A DNA stretch of 40,000 nt, taken from an uncultured Rhodobium sp. Its GTDB lineage: Bacteria; Pseudomonadota; Alphaproteobacteria; Rhizobiales; Rhodobiaceae. This document shows, in pieces, positions 1-8,546 of this stretch. The notes beneath the pieces are model-generated. The model had not been told where the DNA came from. It saw nothing but the letters and a program-made list of their open reading frames with translations, and did not search any database. A program made the translations under genes and the position numbers. Position 1 is the stretch's first letter; every line of letters begins with the position of its first letter. The stretch spans positions 3,271,089 through 3,311,088 of the forward strand of contig CAXXGS010000001.1 of NCBI GenBank assembly GCA_963675285.2, read 5' to 3'.

Positions 1-479
1 TTGACGGGCTCCTTGGTGGTCATCGCCACCTCGCCCTCGGGGAACATGGTCAGGAGTTCCAGCCCCTTTTCGGCGTAGAGCGCCTTGAAGTTCTCGTGGA
101 TCGCCTTCGACGTGCGGAAGAACGCGTTCAGCTCCTTGGTGTCGGTGGGCAGAAGGTAGGGCACGAAGAAGACCTGCGCCTCCGGGATCAGCGAACCGGT
201 GAAGCCGGGCGACTGGTCGACGAACTGCAGGATGCCGGCCTGGGCCTGCTCCATGATGTCGGCCGATTCCCCGAGCGTGCCGAACGGGAAGAGCTGGACC
301 TCGTGGTCGGTGTTGGCCTCGATCTCCTCCTTGAACTTCTGGGCGTATTTGCCCTGGACCTCGTTGAGCGCCTCCTCAAAGGCGTAGCGCCAGGTGTCGG
401 CGCTGGCGCTGGTGATTCCGCCGATCAGGACGGCGAGGGCGGCAAATCCGCCCATCAGCGTGGATTTGGTGTTCGTCAT
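1..479 (-). CDS. TRAP transporter periplasmic solute-binding protein (DctP-type), 5' part only; gene continues past the window start
   Basis: My own translation from the ATG (complement of 477-479) gives MTNTKSTLMGGFAALAVLIGGITSASADTWRYAFEEALNEVQGKYAQKFKEEIEANTDHEVQLFPFGTLGESADIMEQAQAGILQFV... This is a signal peptide followed by the QLFPxGxLG...E..Q.G pattern of DctP-family receptors. The RBS AAGGAGAG lies 8 nt upstream. It is absent from the ORF track because the frame is open to the window edge. Confidence 0.75.
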   Translation of the reverse strand, partial: MTNTKSTLMGGFAALAVLIGGITSASADTWRYAFEEALNEVQGKYAQKFKEEIEANTDHEVQLFPFGTLGESADIMEQAQAGILQFVDQSPGFTGSLIPEAQVFFVPYLLPTDTKELNAFFRTSKAIHENFKALYAEKGLELLTMFPEGEVAMTTKEPV

Positions 480-993
480 GTCGCAATTCTCTCCTTTGTT
501 GCCACAAGGGACGGCGGCACCCTCCCGCATGCACGCATGTGCCCCGCGAAGGATGTGCCTCACGCCCGTCGCGGACCACCCGCAGTTGGGCACGCCAAAC
601 GGATCGCCGGGACAGGCGAGCGCACGGGCGCCGCCTTTGCCGGCCGATCCAGTTCGGTTGCCGTCCGCGAGAGGACGGATCGGTCACCGTGACGGGGGTC
701 GACGGTGATACATTCGCAGCTGTTCCGGCGCGGGTCCGGTGCGCGTCTGTCAGTTTCGGATCCGCTCGGGCGAGCGGTGCCCACAGTGTGAAACGCCAGG
801 CGTCCGGTCTCCCGCCCCACCTCTCTTTGTTCTGATTTGGTTAGCGTTAAACAGGGGCAATTGAGAGTCAATGCGATTATTAAATCATGACAATCTATCG
901 CCAGGCGCGTTGCATCGAAAAAGCTGCCGTCAGGGCATGTTGTCGGGTGGATCGAGCGGCGGTTTGTGCGCGGGCCTCGGGCCGGCTGCCGGG

Positions 994-2382
994 TCACAGG
1001 CCGAGGAGAGCCGGTTCCGGTCGGCTGCGGGCGAGACGGGCGAGGATTTCCAGTCCGCTCAGGAACGCCTGGCGGCCCTCCGCCCCGAGGCAGATGCGCA
1101 CGCCGGGGTGGGCCTGCGGATTGGAGATCTCGAACGATGATCCCGGCGCAACTGCGACGCCGTGAAGGCGTGCGTGGGCGACGAAGGTGGATTCCGTCCA
1201 GGGAGCGGGAAGCGGCAGCCAGACATGCATGCCGTTGGGGCTGGCGGCAAAGGAAAGGCCGTGAAGGACATTGGCGGCCATGCGGTTGCGCTCGCCGAGT
1301 GCCCGGCGCTGCCAGGCGACGAGCCGGTCCGCCGTGCCGTCGTCGATCCAGCCAGTGGCGATTTCGGCGACAAGCGCGGTCGCCATCCAGTTGGTGACGA
1401 GATGACGGTTCGCGGCGGCCGATTCCAGCGTCTCGGGAATGATCAGGAAGCCGAGGCGCAGGCCCGGCATGATGCATTTCGTCATGCTGGTGAAATAGGC
1501 GGTGCGTTCCGGCGCGAGATGCGCGATGGGGGGTGGCCGGTCGGGATCGAGCGGCCCCCAGGCGTCGTTCTCGATGATCAGGACGTCGTGGCGGCGGGCG
1601 AGCGCGACGAGCGCCTCGCGGCGTTCAATCGGCATCGTCACGGCGCTCGGACTGAGCCCGGAGGGCATCAGGTAAAGCGCCTTCACAGCGGTGTTGCGAC
1701 AGGTCGCCTCGAAGGCGTCGGGGACGATGCCGTCAGCGTCGATCGGCAATCCCTTGAGACGGAGACCGAGATAGCCGGCGAGTGGCTTGAGCGTGTGGTG
1801 GCCGAGTTCCTCGGTGACGACGAGGTCGCCCGGGGCCGCCGCCGACATCAGCGCGATGGTCATGGCGGGCGTCGCGCCGTTGGTCAGCAGCAGGCTCTGC
1901 GGGCGTGGGTCGAGGCCGCAGTGGCGCAGCCAGCGCAGCGATGCCGACTGGTAGCGCCTGAGGGCGCCGGACGGCCGGAACGAGGTGACCGCCGTCGGCG
2001 GTAGGTCGGTGGCAAGGCGGCCGAGAGCCTGGCGCATCAGGTCGATATGAAGATCCTCGCAGACCGGTTTCAGGATCGAGAGTTCGATGATCGAGCCGTA
2101 GTGGCTTTCGGCACGATAGGGGATGCGGGTTTCGTCGATCGCAGCGCGCACGAAGGTGCCGCGGCCGACTTCGCCGCCGATGACGCCGCGCCGGATCAGC
2201 TCTTCGTAGGCGCGGCTGACGGTCTGGACGCTGAGGCCAAGGTCATAGGCGAGCTGGCGATGCGTCGGCAGGCGGTCGCCGCTTCGCAATTCGCCCGCCT
2301 CGATCGCCTCCTCCAGCCGTTCGGCGAGCGAGCGGTAGGCCGGGCGTTTGAGATCGTCGCGCTTGGGAGGCCATATTGTCAT
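994..2382 (-). CDS. MocR/GabR-type transcriptional regulator (GntR wHTH fused to a PLP aminotransferase-like domain)
   Basis: 462-aa ORF. The N-terminus YRSLAERLEEAIEAGELRSGDRLPTHRQLAYDLGLSVQTVSRAYEELIRRGVIGGEVGRGTFV is a GntR-type HTH. The C-terminal ~350 aa is aminotransferase-like and carries the PLP-lysine context FTSMTKCIMPGLRLGFLI. Confidence 0.9.
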   Translation of the reverse strand: MTIWPPKRDDLKRPAYRSLAERLEEAIEAGELRSGDRLPTHRQLAYDLGLSVQTVSRAYEELIRRGVIGGEVGRGTFVRAAIDETRIPYRAESHYGSIIELSILKPVCEDLHIDLMRQALGRLATDLPPTAVTSFRPSGALRRYQSASLRWLRHCGLDPRPQSLLLTNGATPAMTIALMSAAAPGDLVVTEELGHHTLKPLAGYLGLRLKGLPIDADGIVPDAFEATCRNTAVKALYLMPSGLSPSAVTMPIERREALVALARRHDVLIIENDAWGPLDPDRPPPIAHLAPERTAYFTSMTKCIMPGLRLGFLIIPETLESAAANRHLVTNWMATALVAEIATGWIDDGTADRLVAWQRRALGERNRMAANVLHGLSFAASPNGMHVWLPLPAPWTESTFVAHARLHGVAVAPGSSFEISNPQAHPGVRICLGAEGRQAFLSGLEILARLARSRPEPALLGL

Positions 2383-2468
2383 GATTTATTCTTGACCATG
2401 ATCGGGACAATTGACAAGGAAATTCGGCTCGCGCATCGTCCATGCCTTGGTTCCCGGGAAGGTCCGCC

Positions 2469-2951
2469 ATGCTGAAGCTCGACAAGCGCGATATCCAAAT
2501 CCTCGCCGTCTTGTCGCGCGAGGGGCGGATTTCGAAAACGGACCTTGCTCGTGCAGTGAATCTCAGCGCAACGCCATGCTGGCAGCGGCTCAAACGGCTG
2601 GAGGAAGCGGGGCTCATTCGGGGCTATCACGCCGACGTCGCGCTCCGCGACGTTGTCCCCCATGTCACCGTGTTCCTGCTGGCGGAGCTGGAGAATCACC
2701 GCGCCGAGACCTTCCGCGCCTTCGAGGCGGCAATGGAGCGGCACGAGGAAATCATCGCCTGCTGGGCGCTCGGCGGTGGGTTCGACTATCTGGTGCAGGT
2801 GGTGACGCGCGATATCGACAGCTATCAGCGGCTGGTAGACGCCCTCCTCGACGGAGACATCGGGCTGGCGCGCTACTTCAGCTATGTGGTGACGAAACCG
2901 GTCAAGGCCGGCGCGCCGCTTCCCTTCGATGCACTCTTCGACGACGGCTGA
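2469..2951 (+). CDS. Lrp/AsnC family transcriptional regulator
   Basis: The track ORF is 2442-2951. I place the start at the internal ATG 2469 (MLKLDKRDIQILAVLSREGRISKTDLARAVNLSATPCWQRLKRLEEAGLIRGY...), which is the canonical AsnC HTH N-terminus, and GGAAGG lies upstream. It is divergent from the MocR gene. Confidence 0.9.
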   Translation: MLKLDKRDIQILAVLSREGRISKTDLARAVNLSATPCWQRLKRLEEAGLIRGYHADVALRDVVPHVTVFLLAELENHRAETFRAFEAAMERHEEIIACWALGGGFDYLVQVVTRDIDSYQRLVDALLDGDIGLARYFSYVVTKPVKAGAPLPFDALFDDG

Positions 2952-3190
2952 CGACGGCAGGCGGCCGCTGCCGCAGGCAATATCCGCGCGGAGGCGAGGC
3001 GAGACATTCTCTTCGCTGGGGCGGGTGAGAAGAGGAACTCTCTTTTCGGCGGGGCCGGTTTAGCAAAACCCTCTCCGCCACCTCTGCTAGCATTCCGATC
3101 GACGTTTCGCGCTTTGAGGCGTGCTCGCGGCGGCCTTCATCGTGGCCGTGCGCGGGTTTATGGCGACAGCGATCGGGGAGGAGGACAATC

Positions 3191-4681
3191 ATGCATTCCA
3201 GCCAGGCATCGAGCGAGACGCCGGTCGGGTTTTCCGGACTCTCCGACCCGCGTCTGGTGCGTTCCTTCGCCTATATCGGCGGGCGCTGGACGGCGGCGGG
3301 CGATGGCGCGGCGCTGGCCGTCGCCAACCCGGCCGATGGTACGTTCCTTGGCGAGGTGGCGAGCCTTTCGGAGGTGGAAAGCGCGGCGGCGATCGACGCC
3401 GCCGACCGGGCGTTTCCCGGCTGGGCGGGGCTCTTGCCGCAGGAGCGCACGGCGCATCTGCGCGCCTGGTACGAGGCGATCGTCGCCAATCGCATGGATC
3501 TCGCCCGCGTCATGACGCTGGAACAGGGCAAGCCGCTTTCCGAGGCGCTTGGCGAAATCGATTATGCCGCTTCCTTCGTCGACTTTTACGCTGAGGAGGC
3601 GCGGCGGCCGAACATCGAGGGCGTCACCTCGCATCTCGCCAACGCCGAGGTGGAGGTCTGGCGCGAACCGCTCGGGATCGCCGCGCTCGTGACGCCGTGG
3701 AACTTTCCCTCCGCGATGATCACGCGCAAGGCCGCGGCGGCGCTCGCCGCCGGCTGCACCGTCGTCGTCCACCCCTCGGGCGAGACACCGTTTTCCGCCC
3801 TGGCTCTTGCTGAACTCGGTGAGCGGGCGGGCCTTCCGGCCGGCGTCTTCAACGTCGTCACGGGGCGCGCCGCGACCGTCGTCGGGCCGTGGATGGCAGA
3901 CCGGCGCGTCCGCGCTCTCTCCTTCACCGGATCGACGGAGATCGGCAAGCTCCTCTATGCCCAGGCGGCGGACACGGTGAAGCGGCTGGTGCTGGAACTC
4001 GGTGGCCACGCGCCGTTCCTGGTCTTCGCCGACGCCGATCTCGAGCGTGCCGTCGATGAGGCGGTGAAGGCGAAATTCGCCACCTCCGGCCAGGATTGCC
4101 TCGGCGCCAACCGGTTCTTCGTTGAGCGCACCGTCTACGATGCGTTCTGCGCCCGCTTTGCCGAACGGTCCGCCGCGCTCACCGTCGCGCCCGGGCTCGA
4201 GGATGGCGATATCGGTCCGCTGATGAACGAGAAGGCGGTGCTCAAGCAGGAGGAGCATGTCGCCGACGCCATCGGCAAGGGCGGGCGGGTGCTGACCGGC
4301 GGCGCCCGGCACGAGGCCGGCCGCCTGTTCTTTCAGCCGACGGTGCTGGCCGACGTTCCCGCCGACGCGCTCATCCTGCACGAGGAGACCTTCGGTCCGG
4401 TCGCCGCGATCGCGCCCTTCGATACCGAGGAAGAGGCGCTGGCGCGGGCCAACGATACCGACTACGGCCTGGTCGCCTATCTCCACACCGGCGACATGCG
4501 CCGGATCTACCGCGCCTGCCGGGCGCTCCACTTCGGCATGGTCGCTGTCAACCAGACCAAGGTCACCGGTGCGCCGATCCCCTTTGGCGGCATGAAGCAG
4601 TCGGGCATCGGGCGCGAGGGCTCGCGGCTCGGCATGGAGGCCTTCACCGAAGTCAAATACGTCTGCCGCAACTGGGCCTGA
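3191..4681 (+). CDS. gabD: NAD(P)+-dependent succinate-semialdehyde dehydrogenase (aldehyde dehydrogenase superfamily)
   Basis: 496 aa. The pattern VANPADGTFLGEVASLS...LTLEQGKPLSEALGEIDYAASF..., the LELGGHAPFLVF motif (catalytic Glu) and ATSGQDCLGANRFFVE (catalytic Cys) match the GabD pattern. A strong RBS GGAGGAGGA sits before the ATG. Confidence 0.8.
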   Translation: MHSSQASSETPVGFSGLSDPRLVRSFAYIGGRWTAAGDGAALAVANPADGTFLGEVASLSEVESAAAIDAADRAFPGWAGLLPQERTAHLRAWYEAIVANRMDLARVMTLEQGKPLSEALGEIDYAASFVDFYAEEARRPNIEGVTSHLANAEVEVWREPLGIAALVTPWNFPSAMITRKAAAALAAGCTVVVHPSGETPFSALALAELGERAGLPAGVFNVVTGRAATVVGPWMADRRVRALSFTGSTEIGKLLYAQAADTVKRLVLELGGHAPFLVFADADLERAVDEAVKAKFATSGQDCLGANRFFVERTVYDAFCARFAERSAALTVAPGLEDGDIGPLMNEKAVLKQEEHVADAIGKGGRVLTGGARHEAGRLFFQPTVLADVPADALILHEETFGPVAAIAPFDTEEEALARANDTDYGLVAYLHTGDMRRIYRACRALHFGMVAVNQTKVTGAPIPFGGMKQSGIGREGSRLGMEAFTEVKYVCRNWA

Positions 4682-4762
4682 GCGGCGTTCTTGCGGCGCC
4701 ATTTTGGCCCCGTCGCGGTCCTGCCCCCCCCAATTTTCTTCTCGAACCACAAGGATCATTCC

Positions 4763-6133
4763 ATGCTTCGAAACGACCAGCTAGACCAGTGGGATCATGA
4801 CCACTTCTTCCATGCCTCGACGCATCTGGCGCAATTCGCCCGCGGCGAACTTCCCAACCGCGTGCTGACCGGCGGCGAGGGTGTCTACATCACTGACCGC
4901 GACGGCACCCGCTCGCTCGATGCCTTTGCCGGGCTTTACTGTGTCAACATTGGCTACGGCCGTACCGAGGTTGCCGAGGCGATCGCCCGGCAGGCCAGGG
5001 AACTGGCCTATTACCACGCCTATGTGGGTCACGGTACGGAGGCCTCCATCACGCTCGCCCGCATGGTCGCGGAGCGTGCGCCGGAAGGCCTCAACCACGT
5101 CTATTTCGGGCTTTCCGGCTCCGATGCCAACGAGACCAACATCAAGCTCGTGTGGTATTACAACAATGTCCTCGGCCGGCCGGAGAAGAAGAAGCTTATC
5201 TCGCGCTGGCGAGGCTATCACGGCTCGGGCGTGATGACCGGGTCGCTGACGGGCCTCGATGTCTTCCATAAGGCGTTCGATCTGCCGCGCGCGCCGGTGA
5301 TCCACACCGAGGCCCCCTACTATTTCCGGCGCGCCGATGCGGGTCAGAGCGAAGAGGACTTTTCCGCCGATTGCGCGGCCAAGCTCGAAGCGTTGATCCT
5401 GGAAGAGGGGCCGGAGACGATCGCCGCCTTCATCGGCGAGCCGGTGCTCGGCACCGGCGGTATCGTGCCGCCGCCGAAGGGCTACTGGGCGGCGATCGGC
5501 AACGTCCTGAAAAAGTATGATATTCTCCTCATCGCCGACGAGGTGGTGACCGGCTTCGGGCGCCTCGGCTCGATGTTCGGCTCCACCCATTACGGCATCG
5601 AACCGGACATCATTACCATCGCCAAGGGGCTGACGTCGGCCTATGCGCCGCTGTCGGGCTCGATCATCTCCGACAAGGTGTGGAGGGTGCTGGAAGAGGG
5701 CACGGACGCCATGGGCCCGATCGGCCACGGCTGGACCTACTCGGCCCATCCGATCGGCGCGGCGGCGGGTGTCGCCAACCTGAAGCTCATCGACGAGATG
5801 GGTCTCGTCGACAACGCCCGCGACGTCGGCGCCTATCTCAACGAAGCGCTGGCGACGGCCGTCGGCGATCACGCCAACGTCGGCGACGTGCGCGGCGAGG
5901 GGCTGATGTGTGCGGTGGAGCTGGTGGAGGATCGCGAGGGGCGCGCCTTCTTCGATCCGGGAAAGAAGGTCGGACCGGCCGTTGTCGCGGCGATGCTGAA
6001 GCGCGGCGTCATCGCCCGCGCCATGCCGCAGGGCGACATCATCGGCTTTGCGCCGCCGCTCTGCCTTGCCCGCGAGGAGGCTGATATGATCGTCGGCGCG
6101 ACCAAAGACGCGATCGCGGAAGTGCTCGGTTGA
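4763..6133 (+). CDS. Class III (omega) aminotransferase, PLP-dependent (beta-alanine/putrescine-pyruvate transaminase-like)
   Basis: The track ORF starts at 4691. I prefer the ATG at 4763, which is preceded by AAGGAT (MLRNDQLDQWDHDHFFHASTH...). Motifs: LIADEVVTGFGRLGSMFG, and ITIAKGLTSAYAPLSG (PLP lysine). Confidence 0.85.
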   Translation: MLRNDQLDQWDHDHFFHASTHLAQFARGELPNRVLTGGEGVYITDRDGTRSLDAFAGLYCVNIGYGRTEVAEAIARQARELAYYHAYVGHGTEASITLARMVAERAPEGLNHVYFGLSGSDANETNIKLVWYYNNVLGRPEKKKLISRWRGYHGSGVMTGSLTGLDVFHKAFDLPRAPVIHTEAPYYFRRADAGQSEEDFSADCAAKLEALILEEGPETIAAFIGEPVLGTGGIVPPPKGYWAAIGNVLKKYDILLIADEVVTGFGRLGSMFGSTHYGIEPDIITIAKGLTSAYAPLSGSIISDKVWRVLEEGTDAMGPIGHGWTYSAHPIGAAAGVANLKLIDEMGLVDNARDVGAYLNEALATAVGDHANVGDVRGEGLMCAVELVEDREGRAFFDPGKKVGPAVVAAMLKRGVIARAMPQGDIIGFAPPLCLAREEADMIVGATKDAIAEVLG

Positions 6134-6140
6134 TCTTTGG

Positions 6141-6168
6141 GGGAAACGACCGGTAGGGAAACGACCGG
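6141..6168. repeat. Short direct repeat, GGGAAACGACCGG x2 separated by TA
   Basis: Read directly: 6141-6153 and 6156-6168 are identical 13-mers. They lie between the aminotransferase stop codon and its terminator. Confidence 0.9.
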
Positions 6169-6181
6169 AAACGGGATGGAA

Positions 6182-6209
6182 GGTCGGGCAGATTGCCCGG
6201 CCTTTTTTT
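6182..6209 (+). terminator. Rho-independent terminator of the aminotransferase operon
   Basis: GGTCGGGCA-gat-TGCCCGGCC forms a 9-bp stem (one G-U pair), followed by TTTTTTT. It lies 49 nt after the stop codon at 6133. Confidence 0.7.
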
Positions 6210-6250
6210 GCACGTGCTTGAGCGCAGCAATTGTAATCGCGCAAATCCCG

Positions 6251-7717
6251 TCAGCGGGGCGCGCCCCAGGGGAGCGGCGCCTCGTCGAGGCCCCAGTAGA
6301 GGCTCTTTTGTTGCATGTATTGGCGGATGCCCTCGCGGCCCTTCTCTCGCCCGAGGCCGCTCTCCTTCATGCCGCCGAAGGGGGTCGAAATCGAGAACTG
6401 CTTGTAGGTGTTGATCCAGACCGTGCCGGCCTCAATTCGGCGAGCGAGCCGCCAGATCTTCCTGTAATCGCGCGACCAGAGGCCGGCGGCGAGGCCATAA
6501 ACACTGTCATTGGCTTCCGCGACGAGGTCGTCCTCGTCCTCGAATGGCAGGACGACGAGGACCGGGCCGAAGATCTCCTCCCGGCAGGCACGGGCGGAAT
6601 TCGGCAGACCCTCGATGATTGTTGGCAGGTAGTAGGCGCCTCTGTCGTATACGTCACCCTCAGGCCGCGCGCCGCCGCACAGGATTCGGCCGCCCTCCTG
6701 GCGCGCGAGGTCGACATAGGCTTCGACCGTTTCGCGATGACGGAAATGGACGAGCGGAGCGACCTGTGTCGCCGGGTCGGTGCCGGGACCGACCCTGAGT
6801 GCCTTCGTGCGGTCAACGAGGCGGGAGACGAAGTCGTCGTAGATCGCCCGCTCGACGAAGAGCCGAGAGCCGGCGATGCAGGACTGGCCGGTGGAGGAAA
6901 AGATGCCGAAGAGGACGCCGGCAAGCGCCTGTTCGATATCGGCGTCGGCGAAGACGATCGTCGGCGACTTGCCGCCGAGTTCGAGCGAGATCGGCATCAG
7001 CTTCTCGCCGGCGATCCGGGCGAGATGGCGGCCGGTCTTCGTGCCGCCGGTAAAAGAGATCTTCCTCACCTTTGGATGGCGGACAATGGCCTCGCCGGCG
7101 ACGGGTCCCGAGCCTGGCAGGACGGAAAGGAGCCCTTTCGGCAGCCCGGCCCTGTCGCAGATGTCGGCGAACTTCAGCGAGACGAGCGGCGTCCATTCCG
7201 CCGGCTTCAGCACGACGGCATTGCCCGCGGCGAGCGCCGGGGCGACCTTCTGGGCGTCGCTGGCGATCGGCGAATTCCATGGCGTGATCGCGCCGACGAC
7301 GCCGAGCGGCTCGTGGATGCTCATGGTCATGTAATCGCCGCGTGGCGGGGTGATCGCCTCCTCCATGGTCTCCAGCGCGGCGGCCATGTAGCGGAAGGTG
7401 CCGGCCGCGCTCATGGCAAGGGCCTTCGTTTCCGCCCGGCTCTTGCCGGTGTCGCGGGTCTGGAGTTCGGAGATTGCGTCGGCTTCCGCCTCGATGCCGT
7501 CGCCGATGCGGACAAGCATCCGGGCGCGCTCGTGAGGCTTCAGGTGCTCCCAGGCGGGATCGCGCATGGCCCGGTCGCCGGCTGCGACGGCGGCCTCGAC
7601 GTCGCTTTCGGAGGCGCCGGCGAATTCGGCGTTGAGAGAACCGTCGGCGGGATTGAGGGAGGCGATCGCGTCTCCCGTTCCCGGGCGCCAGACACCGCCG
7701 ATGAAGAGGTCGGTCAT
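6251..7717 (-). CDS. NAD(P)+-dependent aldehyde dehydrogenase (last gene of the long minus-strand operon)
   Basis: 488 aa. Motifs: ITPWNSP, LELGGKSPTIVFADADI (Glu) and FSSTGQSCIAGSRLFVE (Cys). The start lies 25 nt downstream of the preceding gene's stop. Confidence 0.9.
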   Translation of the reverse strand: MTDLFIGGVWRPGTGDAIASLNPADGSLNAEFAGASESDVEAAVAAGDRAMRDPAWEHLKPHERARMLVRIGDGIEAEADAISELQTRDTGKSRAETKALAMSAAGTFRYMAAALETMEEAITPPRGDYMTMSIHEPLGVVGAITPWNSPIASDAQKVAPALAAGNAVVLKPAEWTPLVSLKFADICDRAGLPKGLLSVLPGSGPVAGEAIVRHPKVRKISFTGGTKTGRHLARIAGEKLMPISLELGGKSPTIVFADADIEQALAGVLFGIFSSTGQSCIAGSRLFVERAIYDDFVSRLVDRTKALRVGPGTDPATQVAPLVHFRHRETVEAYVDLARQEGGRILCGGARPEGDVYDRGAYYLPTIIEGLPNSARACREEIFGPVLVVLPFEDEDDLVAEANDSVYGLAAGLWSRDYRKIWRLARRIEAGTVWINTYKQFSISTPFGGMKESGLGREKGREGIRQYMQQKSLYWGLDEAPLPWGAPR

Positions 7718-7742
7718 TGTGCGAGCCTTCGGTTGTTGGCTT

Positions 7743-8546
7743 TCAGATGATGACGATGGGGCCGGCGTTCGCCAGCGCCCGGCTCATGCTGAGCGCGGTC
7801 AGCATGGAAGTCCTGGGATTGGCGGGCGAGGGTCGGCCGGCAAGGCGGATGGAGAAGCTGCCGAAGGTGCCTTCGGCCTCGATCTCGTGGACGTTCTCGG
7901 TGACGGCCGGGTCGGCGACGAGTTCCACCTCGGTTGCCTCGAAGCCGAGGCCGGCGAGCGCGACGGTCGCTGCCACATTGGCATTCTTGGGGTAGAGCCG
8001 CGCGGCCTCACGGGCCGAGCCGGCGTAAAGGACGGCTTCTTCTTTCAACGCCAGGAGATCGCAGCATTCCCCGGCCGGCGAGCCGAGCCAGGCCCTCGGC
8101 GGCTTTCGCGACCGGTAACAGACGCGCGTGAGGTCGCCGAGGCTTGCCGCGGAGAGCGCATCAACCGCGCCGATGGCGCCGGCCGGCAGGATGAGCCGGG
8201 CATGGCCCGCTTCCGCGGCCGCGACGAGCTCACCGTAAAATCCGGCATCGGCCAGTGCGCCGACGGACATGGCGACGAGGTCGATGCCGGCGTTGAGAAC
8301 GGCGGGACCCAGGGTTTGAAGCGCATGATGGCCGGCGCATTCGCCGATGACGTCGGGCCGGGCCTCGATGAGCGCCTCCAGGGAGGTCACGAAGGGTACG
8401 CCCGGCGCGTCCGGCTGCGGCCGGTCGGGGCGTATGAGCACGCCGGAAAGGGTGCTGTCGCGGTTTTTGGCCTGGCCATTGCCGGCCAGGGTGTCGATGA
8501 CTGTCCTGGCGATACCGCCGTAGCCGATGAGGCCAAACCGGATCAT
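7743..8546 (-). CDS. Aspartate dehydrogenase-fold (NadX-like) NAD(P)-dependent dehydrogenase
   Basis: This is the C-terminal 267 aa of track ORF 7743-9656, taken from MIRFGLIGYGGIARTV (Rossmann GxGxxG/A). The segment ...ENVHEIEAEGTFGSFSIRLAGRPSPANPRTSMLTALS resembles the NadX C-terminal domain. The ATG overlaps the upstream stop (ATGA at 8543-8546). Confidence 0.7.
   Translation of the reverse strand: MIRFGLIGYGGIARTVIDTLAGNGQAKNRDSTLSGVLIRPDRPQPDAPGVPFVTSLEALIEARPDVIGECAGHHALQTLGPAVLNAGIDLVAMSVGALADAGFYGELVAAAEAGHARLILPAGAIGAVDALSAASLGDLTRVCYRSRKPPRAWLGSPAGECCDLLALKEEAVLYAGSAREAARLYPKNANVAATVALAGLGFEATEVELVADPAVTENVHEIEAEGTFGSFSIRLAGRPSPANPRTSMLTALSMSRALANAGPIVII

Noticed and set aside
760-840. 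A segment on the minus strand (GGAGACCGGACGCCUGGCG) faintly reminiscent of the ZTP/pfl riboswitch 3' sub-domain (CCGCCUGGGC).
   Set aside because: Only a few nucleotides match. I could not find the 5' sub-domain or pseudoknot partner, and the downstream gene (a TRAP receptor) is not a purine or folate gene. It needs an Infernal scan before any claim can be made.
3158-7750. Long antisense ORFs 3158-4759 (-), 4781-6244 (-) and 6137-7750 (+), of 487-537 aa.
   Set aside because: Each mirrors a gene with clear family motifs on the other strand (gabD, the transaminase, the ALDH). Their translations are Arg/Gly/Asp-rich and lack motifs. They are high-GC shadow ORFs.
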